Source: Bacillus subtilis subsp. subtilis str. 168 (GTDB taxonomy: Bacteria; Bacillota; Bacilli; Bacillales; Bacillaceae). Taken from it: a stretch of DNA of 32,000 nucleotides. How positions within the stretch are numbered: position 1 is the stretch's first letter; each line of letters opens with the position of its first letter. The stretch covers positions 3,060,001 through 3,092,000 of the forward strand of contig NC_000964.3 of NCBI RefSeq assembly GCF_000009045.1. The letters run 5' to 3'. Under the pieces are notes generated by a model. That model did no database searches. It was not told the DNA's origin and saw nothing but the letters and a program-made list of their open reading frames with translations. The translations under genes were made by a program, and so were the position numbers. Below, in pieces: positions 1 to 8,907 of the stretch.

Positions 1-188
1 ATGTCGGGATTTTGTTTGGCCATACCAGAAATAAATTGGCCTTTTCCTGTACCAACCTCGATATGGATCGGATTGTCGTTGCCAAACACTGTGTTCCATT
101 TCCCTTTATAATCAGCAGGATTGCTGATGGCAATATCTGCGTTTTCAGCCAAAAAGTCATCAGCCCAAGGCTTGTGGCGCATTCTCAT
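1..188 (-). CDS. trmB: tRNA (guanine-N7)-methyltransferase, N-terminal part only; the gene runs off the left edge
   Basis: Absent from the ORF track because there is no stop in the window. The reverse complement of 1-188 reads MRMRHKPWADDFLAENADIAISNPADYKGKWNTVFGNDNPIHIEVGTGKGQFISGMAKQNPD, containing a SAM-binding VGTGKG motif. An AGAGGTG SD lies 8 nt upstream of the ATG (186-188). Confidence 0.85.
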   Translation of the reverse strand, partial: MRMRHKPWADDFLAENADIAISNPADYKGKWNTVFGNDNPIHIEVGTGKGQFISGMAKQNPD

Positions 189-394
189 ATGATTGACACC
201 TCTATCTATTATTTCGACTAACAACATACCATGAATTAAAAAGACCCGCAAGCTCGTTTTTCCAGTGTATCTCTCTTAAGGCCGAGCGCATAAAAAAAGA
301 GGGTCCCGTCTGCTGGAACACTCCTTTCCCATGTATAAAAACGCTCTGTTTTGAACAATTTAACCCGTATGATACTGAAGGGATGTGTACCGTT

Positions 395-673
395 ATGGGT
401 TTACATTATGAGCATCAAGTTCATTTATTGAAGGATATATTGACTGACCATCAATTGGACTGCTGCGGAACAGTCGCAGAGTACGAGCAGCTTGAGCGTG
501 TGATTAAATCACTGATGGCAAACACCGAGCTTGATTCAAATTTCAAAAACGTGCTTGAAGATGTTTACCGCTACAGCCAATCAGGAATATCGTCCAAATC
601 CATCGACTCACACATACAAGAGCATCAGAACAGCCTGTCTCAATGGGTAGAGCAAATGGATTCGTATTCCTGA
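395..673 (+). CDS. ytzH: small conserved hypothetical protein (92 aa)
   Basis: ORF 383-673. The first ATG (383) abuts the GAAGGG SD with zero spacing. The second in-frame ATG at 395 (MGLHYEHQ...) has usable spacing. No recognisable enzymatic motif. Confidence 0.7.
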   Translation: MGLHYEHQVHLLKDILTDHQLDCCGTVAEYEQLERVIKSLMANTELDSNFKNVLEDVYRYSQSGISSKSIDSHIQEHQNSLSQWVEQMDSYS

Positions 674-1483
674 TTAATCAACAATTCGTTTCATGAGGAT
701 ATGCAGCTCTTCCATTGCATCATGAAATTCCTTATCATTGCCTTTTGCTTTATGCCAGGCAATGAAAGTAATTGTTTCAGATAACACATACCAAGCCATT
801 CGCAACCGAAGGCTTTCTGTCAGCTCTATGCCGTACATGCTCAGCCAGCTCTCCCAAGCTGGCTTTTCGACGTAGTGGTACAGCAAAGGCCCGAGGTCCA
901 TCGCCGGATCAGCGATCATGGCGCCGTCCCAGTCAATTAAATACAGCTGGTTGTCTTCAGACAATAGCCAGTTATTATGATTGACATCACAATGGCAAAC
1001 GACTTTCTCACCGAAATGCACTTCATGCAGGTGTTCTTCCAAATACTTGATCCCTTCTTGAATCAGCGGCGAAGATTGCTGCACAGCAAATACAGCCTGC
1101 TTCAGCTGAGACAAAAGAGCCCCCGGGTTCAGCGGTTCTTTTCCAAGTCTCTTCAGCATGTCCAGCAAGGCTTTTGATGTGTGTATTTTACGAAGCAATT
1201 CAGCAACGGGCCGTCCGCTCATGTCTTTAGGCTTCAGCTCTCTGCCGGTCATCCAGTGCTGGGCCGTAATGACGTCCCCATTTTCCATCCGTTTTGTCCA
1301 AACCAGCTTCGGAACAATGCCTTCGGCGGATAAAACAGCTAAAAAAGGTGAGCTATTACGTTTTAAAAAAAGCTGCTGCCCGTTATGTTTCGCATAATAT
1401 GCATCTCCTGTAGCTCCTCCGGCGGGGAAGATCTCCCAATCGCTACCTAGTAATTGTCCCAACCAGTTCATATCAATGTTCAA
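674..1483 (-). CDS. ytmP: APH/choline-kinase-family phosphotransferase of unknown substrate
   Basis: 269-aa ORF with the kinase catalytic loop HCDVNHNNWL and the metal-binding IDWDGA block. The longest ORF starts at TTG (1481-1483). An alternative ATG at 1471 (MNWLGQ...) is possible, so the start is uncertain. Confidence 0.85.
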   Translation of the reverse strand: MNIDMNWLGQLLGSDWEIFPAGGATGDAYYAKHNGQQLFLKRNSSPFLAVLSAEGIVPKLVWTKRMENGDVITAQHWMTGRELKPKDMSGRPVAELLRKIHTSKALLDMLKRLGKEPLNPGALLSQLKQAVFAVQQSSPLIQEGIKYLEEHLHEVHFGEKVVCHCDVNHNNWLLSEDNQLYLIDWDGAMIADPAMDLGPLLYHYVEKPAWESWLSMYGIELTESLRLRMAWYVLSETITFIAWHKAKGNDKEFHDAMEELHILMKRIVD

Positions 1484-1565
1484 CCCATCATTTCTTAAAA
1501 TATTTTAGAATTAAGGCTAATCGTTTCTAGTCTATCCAGCGAATGCCTTTTTCGTACGAATCGTA

Positions 1566-1620
1566 TAAAAATAAAAAAGACAGCTATTGAGAGTCTCATA
1601 TGCTAATCAATAGCCGTCCT
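1566..1620 (-). terminator. intrinsic terminator downstream of amyX
   Basis: The minus strand reads GGACGGCTATTGA-16 nt loop-TCAATAGCTGTC, a stem of about 12 bp with one G-U pair, followed by TTTTTTATTTTTAT. Confidence 0.8.
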
Positions 1621-1650
1621 TTAAATTTTAGCGCTATAGCACAAACTTCG

Positions 1651-3807
1651 TCAAGCAAAACTCTTAAGATCTGATGCTAAATATAAGATAACCGTTCCGA
1701 TGCCGTTTACTGCAACCGTTTTCTTGATTTCTGTTGGGTCTTCCTGAAATCCTGATGGATCACATAAAAGCCGATAAGGTATGTCGTTTGGCAGCCTCCA
1801 CTCGACGGAGTCTGGACTCGCGTGATGGATAACAATGATATCTTTCCATTCGTCAACCTCGTCAAGATCATAAAGCCTGTATGCGATAAGGTGTTCTTTT
1901 AGCGTCAAGCATTCAAGATGGCGCTGGATGTCTGCAGCGGACCTAAGACGGAATGCAGGATGCGCTTTTCTCAGCGAGATCAGCCTGCGGATATAGTGAA
2001 CATCTTCTTTGAATGTTTCACGGCGATCCCAGTCGAGCTGGTTGATGCTGTCACTGGATTGATAGCTGTTTTCCACTCCCTGCTTCGTCCGGAAAAATTC
2101 CTGGCCGCTGTGAATAAACGGCACCCCTTGGGCAAGCAAAATAATCGCGGCTGCAAGCCTTTGCCTGCTTCGCTTTCGGCTGTCATTTTCTTGAGGAAGC
2201 GCAAAGCTCATTTTATCCCAAAAGGTGTGATTGTCGTGTGATTCGACATAATTGATGGACTGGCTTGGTTCCGGAACAATCGGTGCTAATGCCTTCCATC
2301 CGGAAGACCCGGCAATTCCATGCATCACAGCTTGTGCTGATTCACCGTTGCCGAGCGCAAACCCTGTTGCCTTAAGGTGAAAGGTGTTCCCTTTTACAGC
2401 GTCACGAAACATATCATTAAAAAAGCCGATGCCCGGCATTCTTGGCGCGTTCGCCAAAGCAGCTTTCTGTTCATGCGGCAGCGGTGTAGCCAGGTCCCAC
2501 CCTTCTCCAAAAAGCAGGATTCCGGGCTTTGCCTTAGTTGCTTTCTCTTTCATATAAAGCACGGTGTCAATATCTAAAATCCCGAGGAGATCAAAGCGGA
2601 AGCCGTCAACATTGTATTCTTCAAGCCAATAGACCACGCAATCCGCAATGAATTTTCTTGCCATCCTTCTTTCTGATGCAATATCATTGCCAACGCCGGT
2701 GCCGTTTGATGGCATCCCACATTCGTCGTGCCGGAAAAAATAACCGGGCACTGTCTTTTCAAAGGGGGAATTCTCCCTCTTATACACATGGTTAAAAACA
2801 ACATCCAGAATGACTCGCAGACCGTGCTGATGCAGGGTATTGATCATTTGTTTCAGCTCTGTTTTTCTCGTTTGAGGATCATGAGGATTTGAGGCATAGC
2901 TTCCCTCCGGGGCAAAGAAATGAAGCGGGTTATATCCCCAATTGTATGCATCAAGCGGCTTCTCTTCATCAACTCCGGCAAAATCATTCACCGGCAGAAG
3001 CTCCACATGTGTCACACCAAGCTCTTTTACATACGCTAATCCCGAAGAACTGCCATTTGCGGTTTGTGTATCAGTTTCCGTCAGCGCTAAGTATTTTCCC
3101 TTGTTTATCATGCCGCTGTTTTCATGGATGGAGAAGTCGCGAAGATGCGTCTCATAGATGACGGCATCCACAGGGTGTGAGAATGGTTTAAGAGGAGCAG
3201 TCCATTTCATTTGATCCGGGCGCAAGACGACGCCCTTCTCTCCATTTACAGTCACAGCCTTGGCATACTGGTCAACTGTTTCCATCCATTCTGAATTGTT
3301 GCAGATGCAAAACAAATACTCATATCCGTGAAGGTCACCTGTGACCGTAACGGCATAGACGCCTTTTTCCAAGCGAGTCATTTGGAATGTGCGCCCGCTT
3401 TTATTGGGGTGTGAAAGCTTGACAGCAGCTGAGGTTGCAGCAGGCGCCCATACTTTAAATACGGTATGATCCGCGGTATAAACGGCGCCCAGCTCTCCGT
3501 CATAATAAAATTCGTCATCAAACGCTGCCGTCCGGATGACCGCGCCAATTTGGAGATCCGTTTTGTGGCCGCTGGATGCTCTGACGCAATGGATTTTTCC
3601 AAATGTCACAGGATGGTCGGATACGCAGACGTACTTGTATTTTGCTTCAAGGGAGTATTCCTCCCTGACAGCCAGAGGAAAATCTGTTATTTCTGTCTCA
3701 AGCCGAAACGGCGGTGTCATGATTTCCTTTTGTTCAGCAGGAATCAGAACAGTAATGATATTCATGTCATCGACATACGCTTCGAAGCTGCGGCGGATGC
3801 TGACCAT
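1651..3807 (-). CDS. amyX: pullulanase / debranching enzyme, GH13, no signal peptide
   Basis: 718-aa ORF with an ATG start and a GGAGGAGAG SD. The four GH13 conserved regions are present: DVVFNHV, GFRFDLLG, GEGWD, YVESHDN. The N-terminus is not signal-like. Confidence 0.95.
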   Translation of the reverse strand: MVSIRRSFEAYVDDMNIITVLIPAEQKEIMTPPFRLETEITDFPLAVREEYSLEAKYKYVCVSDHPVTFGKIHCVRASSGHKTDLQIGAVIRTAAFDDEFYYDGELGAVYTADHTVFKVWAPAATSAAVKLSHPNKSGRTFQMTRLEKGVYAVTVTGDLHGYEYLFCICNNSEWMETVDQYAKAVTVNGEKGVVLRPDQMKWTAPLKPFSHPVDAVIYETHLRDFSIHENSGMINKGKYLALTETDTQTANGSSSGLAYVKELGVTHVELLPVNDFAGVDEEKPLDAYNWGYNPLHFFAPEGSYASNPHDPQTRKTELKQMINTLHQHGLRVILDVVFNHVYKRENSPFEKTVPGYFFRHDECGMPSNGTGVGNDIASERRMARKFIADCVVYWLEEYNVDGFRFDLLGILDIDTVLYMKEKATKAKPGILLFGEGWDLATPLPHEQKAALANAPRMPGIGFFNDMFRDAVKGNTFHLKATGFALGNGESAQAVMHGIAGSSGWKALAPIVPEPSQSINYVESHDNHTFWDKMSFALPQENDSRKRSRQRLAAAIILLAQGVPFIHSGQEFFRTKQGVENSYQSSDSINQLDWDRRETFKEDVHYIRRLISLRKAHPAFRLRSAADIQRHLECLTLKEHLIAYRLYDLDEVDEWKDIIVIHHASPDSVEWRLPNDIPYRLLCDPSGFQEDPTEIKKTVAVNGIGTVILYLASDLKSFA

Positions 3808-3832
3808 CGGAAGCTCTCTCCTCCAAACACGT

Positions 3833-4762
3833 TTATGTTTTGATTCTTAGGGGTGAAGGACTAGATGCCAGACGAAACGGGGTAGTGCCCATGATTTCTC
3901 CGTCAGCATGGAACGGGATTTTGTCCTTCGTGTAAAATGTAATGTCCTTCGCTTTAAACATCGTAACGCCATCCATCTTTGTATGTTTTCCAAATGCCAT
4001 GAGACATAAAAGCCAATATTTTTTCAAAAACGGCTGGTTTTCAACGATTACGATATCAAATGTCTTCTCGCGCGGATTTGCTAGGGGCGCCGCCTTCATG
4101 CCTCCCCCGTAAAACGGATGGTTGGATACAACGGCAAACCAGACATCATGAAATTCGCGCGTCTCGTCTTCCGTCGTACAAGCTAATGTAAACGGCTTAA
4201 AGGTTGCCGAAGCGTGCAAATGAGAAAGCGGATACACAAGAAATCGAAGGCGGAGAAAAAGAAAAACCCGTCTCAACGGAAATTCCATCGCCTTTTTATT
4301 GACATATGCGTCAAACCCGATCCCGATATGATTCATAAAATAAAGAATCTGTGATTTATCCTGAAGGAAATTGACGCTCCCTAAATGAAAGGTTCTTGTT
4401 AACGGGCGCTTTACCTTCTTGATTTCCTGTATCAGATCGATTTTTTTAATAGAGAACCCTCGCGAAAAATCATTATACGCGCCCGCCGGCACAAAGCTCA
4501 GCTCAATATCGTCAACATCTTTCAGCCCGTTGACAACTTCATGCATGGTTCCGTCTCCGCCAATGACGATCAGGCGCTTCAGCTTATATTCCTGTATCGT
4601 TGAAATCTGTCTGGCGAGCACCTCGGCGTGTCCCGGATGTTCAGTTAAAAATGAACGGTGCTCAACCTTTCGTTTGATCAATTCTTTTTGAATGGACTTC
4701 CAAACACGCAGGCCGTTTCGATGTCCTGCTGTCGGATTAATAATAAAAAACCAATGGCTCAT
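3833..4762 (-). CDS. ytlR: DAGK-family lipid kinase homologue
   Basis: The ORF-track start at 4771 is a GTG lying inside the SD. AGGTGA sits 5-6 nt before the ATG at 4760-4762 (MSHWFFIINP...), giving 309 aa. The diacylglycerol-kinase catalytic-domain motif VIGGDGTMHEVVNG is present. Confidence 0.9.
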   Translation of the reverse strand: MSHWFFIINPTAGHRNGLRVWKSIQKELIKRKVEHRSFLTEHPGHAEVLARQISTIQEYKLKRLIVIGGDGTMHEVVNGLKDVDDIELSFVPAGAYNDFSRGFSIKKIDLIQEIKKVKRPLTRTFHLGSVNFLQDKSQILYFMNHIGIGFDAYVNKKAMEFPLRRVFLFLRLRFLVYPLSHLHASATFKPFTLACTTEDETREFHDVWFAVVSNHPFYGGGMKAAPLANPREKTFDIVIVENQPFLKKYWLLCLMAFGKHTKMDGVTMFKAKDITFYTKDKIPFHADGEIMGTTPFRLASSPSPLRIKT

Positions 4763-4810
4763 CTTTCTCACCTGCTTATGTTATGAGAAAACCGCTCAAA
4801 TCGTTCTCTT

Positions 4811-5725
4811 TTACTCCAGCCACTCCTGTCTGCGATAGGAGTCAGACATGCAGTAAGACAATAGAGCCTTTGCAGCCTTTACCTGATGATGTTTGATCGG
4901 AGCAGTGTTTTTCTTCTGCCGCTCAATCCATTCTTCCGCGCTCCGCTTATCCGCTATTTCTAAGCCGTATGGCGGCTCCGGGTAATCGATGTACGACGTT
5001 CTGCTCAGAAGCAATTTTCGAACCGGAATCTCAGCCTGTTTTTCCTTTACGATCTTTGACACAACCGAGTCCGTACGAAACAGGCTAAGCCCTGGATTTA
5101 ACACTGATGCAGTCTGAGAGGCTGTTTTCTTGTCCCAAAAACGATTTTTAGACCCTATGTAGACACTGTCTTCCTCAGCCTCTAAAAAAGAAACGCAATA
5201 AATTTCCAGAGGAGAAATAATCACAATGCTTAATTCAACCGCCGCCTGCTGAATTTTCAGCACAGGCTTATACATAATAAAATAAGAATCAGGCAGCTGC
5301 TGGGTCAGATAACGCAAAATGCGGTCCTGCTTCACTTGGTTTGAGAGTTGAGATATTTCTGAAAGAGTAGAGCTTGCCCATTTGAGCTGAAAATCATATA
5401 AATGCCTTTTATAAAAAGAAGCAAGCGCCACCCTGCTCTTCGGGAGCCTTACATGAATATCTTCTTCGTCCTCAAACCATTGGTGTCTCTCTTCTTGTAT
5501 ATCGGCTTTTATCTCTTCTTTTCTTCTTTTCAATGAAAATTTTTTTCGTTTCTGCACCGGTTCCGGTTCTTCAGCACTGGCTTGCCTTTCTTCATGCTGG
5601 CGCTCCGCTGCTTCTACTAGTGAAAGCCAGCGCTCTTTTTTCAAACGTACAAACTGGTTGATATAATGGTACGGATCAAGCTCATATCTCGATATATAAT
5701 CATGAATTTTGATGATTTGTGCCAT
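4811..5725 (-). CDS. ytlQ: conserved hypothetical protein with a charged linker and a NERD-like C-terminal half
   Basis: ORF 4811-5746. A GGAGAAA SD precedes the ATG at 5723-5725 ([10 protein letters not shown]...), giving 304 aa. See the findings for the domain argument. Confidence 0.85.
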
Positions 5726-5750
5726 GTTTGTTTCTCCACTCCGCAATGAA

Positions 5751-6302
5751 TTAAGATAATTGAAATTTGAATATTTCCTCGTATTTTGGTGATTGGTTCA
5801 AGTGTATTTGAAAGAGCGAAAATCGTTCAGCCATCATCGAAACCTCGCCGCTTTCAAACGGAACATGAGCTGGAAATCCATCTTCGCCTGTCCATTTTCT
5901 TGCCAGCGTCATATGAGGATGATACGGTCTTTTTTCCACTTGAAAGCCGGCCTGAAGTACAGCCTGCTTCGTATGTTCCCGCAGTCTATCAAGCGTTTTG
6001 TTTTTCTTTGGCTCCAGATGTAAAACGCGCGGCTTTCTGCGGTCGCCGAATACATCTATCTTGCCAAACTTAATTGAAAATGGATCAATTTCTGAAGCAA
6101 TCTCTGCTAGCGAACCTTCAAGCTTCTTTATTTGTGTCTCATCCGCCGCTCCGAGAAAAATTAACGTGATATGATAGTCAAGCGGGTGCACCCATTTTTG
6201 AAACGTCAATATCGGTTCGTTTTTCGCAGCCTGGTAGATCGGATTTGCAATTCCCTCAGGTATGGGAACGCCGATGAAATAATGAGGCCGTATATCTGGC
6301 AT
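5751..6302 (-). CDS. ytlP: 2H-phosphoesterase (LigT-like RNA 2',3'-cyclic phosphodiesterase / 2'-5' RNA ligase family)
   Basis: The longest ORF extends to 6392, but AAGGGAGTG sits upstream of the ATG at 6300-6302 ([12 protein letters not shown]...), giving 183 aa. Two H-x-T-x motifs are present: HITLIFLG and HMTLAR. Confidence 0.9.
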
Positions 6303-6450
6303 CCGTCTGACACTCCCTTCTTTGACAGCTATTATTTTATCAATAAAGAGGCTGTGCGGATAGAGGAACAGTGTATGAAAACACTCTCGCACAAACGTTT
6401 ATTATGTTAGGATATTATATGACACTTGTTTTATTCAGAAAGGAATGACA

Positions 6451-7386
6451 ATGTTGAAAATCGTTGCAAACACAGCTGATCTGATAGGAGATACACCGCT
6501 AGTGAGATTGAATCGGCTTCAGCCGGAAAATGCGGCACAAGTCTATTTAAAGCTTGAATTTTTCAATCCGAGCGGCAGTGTGAAAGACAGAGCCGCTTAT
6601 CAAATGATCATAGAAGCTGAACAAAACGGTTTACTCAAGCCGGGATCAGTTATTATAGAGCCGACAAGCGGAAATACCGGCATCGGGCTCGCCATGAATG
6701 CGGCAGCACGCGGATATAAAGCAATCTTAGTTATGCCTGATACGATGACGAAGGAACGGATCAACCTACTTAAAGCTTACGGTGCAGAGGTTGTATTAAC
6801 TCCCGGAGAGGAAAGAATGCCGGGCAGCATCAAAAAAGCGAAGGAGCTTGCCGAACAAATTCCGAACAGCTATATTCCAATGCAGTTCGATAACACTGCT
6901 AATCCTGATGCGCACCGAAAAACAACAGCGCCTGAAATCGCCCGGGCAATAGAGGAAATCGGAAAACCGCTCGGCGCTTTTGTAGCCTCCTCTGGAACGG
7001 GCGGAACCATTACCGGAACAGGTGAGGCGCTCAAAGAGCTTTTTCCGGATATCACGGTTCATGTTGTTGAGCCAGCGGGTTCGCCTGTATTATCCGGCGG
7101 AAAACCTGGCGCGCATAAACTTGTAGGAACGAGCCCAGGCTTTATACCGCCGATTTTAAATGAAGACGTTTATGATGAAATTATCAAAATCTCTGATGAA
7201 GACGCGTATACGACGACAAGACGGCTTGCTGCTGAAGAAGGAATTCTTGTCGGTCCTTCATCAGGCGCTGCCTGCTTCGCGGCAATCGAAACAGCGAAAC
7301 GCCTCTCTCCTGACAAAGTTGTGGTCTGCATGACAGCTGATACAGGAGAACGGTACTTATCAACTGATTTATGGTCATTTATTTAA
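6451..7386 (+). CDS. ytkP: cysteine synthase / O-acetylserine sulfhydrylase paralogue (PLP fold type II)
   Basis: The PLP-lysine block GSVKDRAA, the substrate loop EPTSGNTGIGLA and the phosphate loop SGTGGTITG are all present. The GAAAGGA SD is 7 nt from the ATG at 6451; the ATG at 6445 is too close to it. Confidence 0.9.
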   Translation: MLKIVANTADLIGDTPLVRLNRLQPENAAQVYLKLEFFNPSGSVKDRAAYQMIIEAEQNGLLKPGSVIIEPTSGNTGIGLAMNAAARGYKAILVMPDTMTKERINLLKAYGAEVVLTPGEERMPGSIKKAKELAEQIPNSYIPMQFDNTANPDAHRKTTAPEIARAIEEIGKPLGAFVASSGTGGTITGTGEALKELFPDITVHVVEPAGSPVLSGGKPGAHKLVGTSPGFIPPILNEDVYDEIIKISDEDAYTTTRRLAAEEGILVGPSSGAACFAAIETAKRLSPDKVVVCMTADTGERYLSTDLWSFI

Positions 7387-7426
7387 AAAAAGGACTGGCT
7401 TCAGCAGAAGCCGGTCCTTTTATTTT
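7385..7426. terminator. bidirectional intrinsic terminator shared by convergent ytkP and ytjP
   Basis: AAAAAA-AGGACTGGCTTC-agca-GAAGCCGGTCCT-TTTATTTT. The stem is 12 bp with one G-U pair, and the ytjP stop codon (7420-7422) lies in the T-tract. Confidence 0.85.
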
Positions 7427-8811
7427 GCAAGCTCGTAAATGGCCTGAGCATATAACGCTGTCGATCTCAGCAGGTCATCAATTTCGATATATTCATCCTT
7501 TTGGTGTGCGCTGTCAGGGCGTCCGGGGAACAGCGGGCCGAACGCGACACCGGCTTTTAAGGATCTCGCATAAGTCCCCCCGCCGATTGAGATTAAATCA
7601 GCTTTTTTACCCAGCTGGCCTTCATAAACCTTTTGCAGGGTTTTGACTAACGGATGATCTGCGGACACGTGATGCGGCTTGCTGTCTTTGAATTCTCCCA
7701 GCTCAAATTCAGATGCGCTTTCGAATGTATCGCGGATCACTTTGCTTTCTGCTGTCACAGGATAGCGGATATTGATCCCGAGCTCGCCTCCTTGCCCTTC
7801 TTTATAGCGCAGTGTTCCGACATTTAATGTCAGCTCTCCGCTGATTTCATCCTCACAGTCGATGTCCAGTTTTTTTCCTCTTGTATCACCTGAGAACTTA
7901 TCTGTCACAACTTGCACAAACCGCTTTCCTGCATCGTCAAGCTCAGTCTGCTGGAGAAATTCGCACAATAAAATGCCGGCATTGATCCCATTGTTCGGTT
8001 CCATCGCATGGCAGGAAAGACCGTACATACGCAAAATGAGCTGTCCGTTCTCTATTGCAGCTTCCCCTTTTTGGTCCGTCGTGCGGAGCATGTCTTTAAA
8101 TGAAGACAGAATCTCTTCATTTTTCGGCCCTTCAATGACAGCTTCCGCAGCGTCGGGCACCATGTTTAAGCGAAGGCCTGATTGAAACGAGACAAGCACT
8201 GCCTTTGGTTCAGCTTGATTTGGGCGGTGCGGAATAAGTAAAGAAGCATCGATGATCCCTTTTTCCGCATTAATGATCGGAAAATCGGCGTCAGGCGCAA
8301 AGCCCATTGTTGGCATTTCTTCATGCTTGAAATAATGCTCTACGCATCTCCAATCACTTTCTTCATCTGTTCCGATAATCATTCTGACTCGCTTGGACAG
8401 GGGCAAATTCATGTCTTTCACGATTTTCAGCGCGTAGAATGCCGCCATTGTCGGGCCTTTGTCATCAATGGCGCCCCTTGCATAAATCCGTCCGTTGCGG
8501 ATTTCAGCTGAAAATGGATCACTCGTCCACCCATCTCCCGGCGGCACGACGTCAACATGGCAAAGTACGCCGATAATGTCATCGCCCTCCCCCCATTCAA
8601 TATGACCTGCGAAGCCGTCAAGATTTTTTGTTGTAAAGCCTTCTTTTTCTCCAAGCTCCAGCAATGAAGTCAGGCTGGCATTTACCCCTTCTCCAAACGG
8701 TTTACCGGGTCCGGCGGTTGTTTCGTCCATGACACTGTTGATTCTCAAAAATTCCTGTGTATCACGAATTAAATCCTCTTTTTTTCTGATCACTTCAACT
8801 TCCCAGTTCAT
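7420..8811 (-). CDS. ytjP: M20-family dipeptidase (PepV-like)
   Basis: An AAAGGGGA SD precedes the ATG at 8809-8811 ([10 protein letters not shown]...), giving 463 aa. M20 metal-ligand blocks are present: [21 protein letters not shown]. Confidence 0.9.
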   Translation of the reverse strand: MNWEVEVIRKKEDLIRDTQEFLRINSVMDETTAGPGKPFGEGVNASLTSLLELGEKEGFTTKNLDGFAGHIEWGEGDDIIGVLCHVDVVPPGDGWTSDPFSAEIRNGRIYARGAIDDKGPTMAAFYALKIVKDMNLPLSKRVRMIIGTDEESDWRCVEHYFKHEEMPTMGFAPDADFPIINAEKGIIDASLLIPHRPNQAEPKAVLVSFQSGLRLNMVPDAAEAVIEGPKNEEILSSFKDMLRTTDQKGEAAIENGQLILRMYGLSCHAMEPNNGINAGILLCEFLQQTELDDAGKRFVQVVTDKFSGDTRGKKLDIDCEDEISGELTLNVGTLRYKEGQGGELGINIRYPVTAESKVIRDTFESASEFELGEFKDSKPHHVSADHPLVKTLQKVYEGQLGKKADLISIGGGTYARSLKAGVAFGPLFPGRPDSAHQKDEYIEIDDLLRSTALYAQAIYELAK

Positions 8812-8838
8812 AATGATCCCCTTTCCGCAAGAAATGAC

Positions 8839-8867
8839 TTGCAAAAACCAAATAAAACGAATAATAT
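8839..8867 (+). promoter_or_regulatory. candidate sigma-A promoter of pbuO
   Basis: TTGCAA (8839-8844), an exact 17-bp spacer, then TAATAT (8862-8867), about 40 nt upstream of the pbuO ATG. Confidence 0.55.
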
Positions 8868-8897
8868 TAATGGTGTTTTGTTAAAACGTTCGTAATT
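8853..8897. promoter_or_regulatory. PurR operator: two inverted PurBoxes
   Basis: Box 1 is TAAAACGAATAATA (8853-8866). Box 2 on the opposite strand is AATTACGAACGTTT (complement of 8884-8897). The spacer is 17 bp and both boxes carry the central CGAA core. Box 1 overlaps the -10 hexamer. As I recall it, the published PurBox is AWWWCCGAACWWTT with 16-17 bp between inverted boxes, and pbuO belongs to the PurR regulon. Confidence 0.6.
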
Positions 8898-8907
8898 GGA
8901 GGATACT

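Noticed and set aside
12-221. 69-aa ORF on the + strand at the left edge
   Set aside because: It lies antisense to a clearly recognisable trmB N-terminus (minus strand 1-188). It has no SD and its sequence is low-complexity and not protein-like.
3466-3850. Two overlapping + strand ORFs (125 and 104 aa) inside amyX and ytlR
   Set aside because: They are antisense to the GH13 gene, overlap each other in different frames, and show no translation signals.
6303-6450. Possible S-box or T-box leader upstream of the cysteine-synthase-like ytkP
   Set aside because: The 148-bp divergent region has no terminator/antiterminator pair, no T-box sequence and no S-box helices that I can see. It is also too short for these leaders once both promoters are accommodated.
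8845-8907. Possible purine riboswitch upstream of the purine permease pbuO
   Set aside because: Only about 40 nt separate the candidate promoter from the ATG, which is too short for an aptamer plus expression platform. None of the conserved purine-aptamer loop sequences are present. The PurBox arrangement explains regulation instead.
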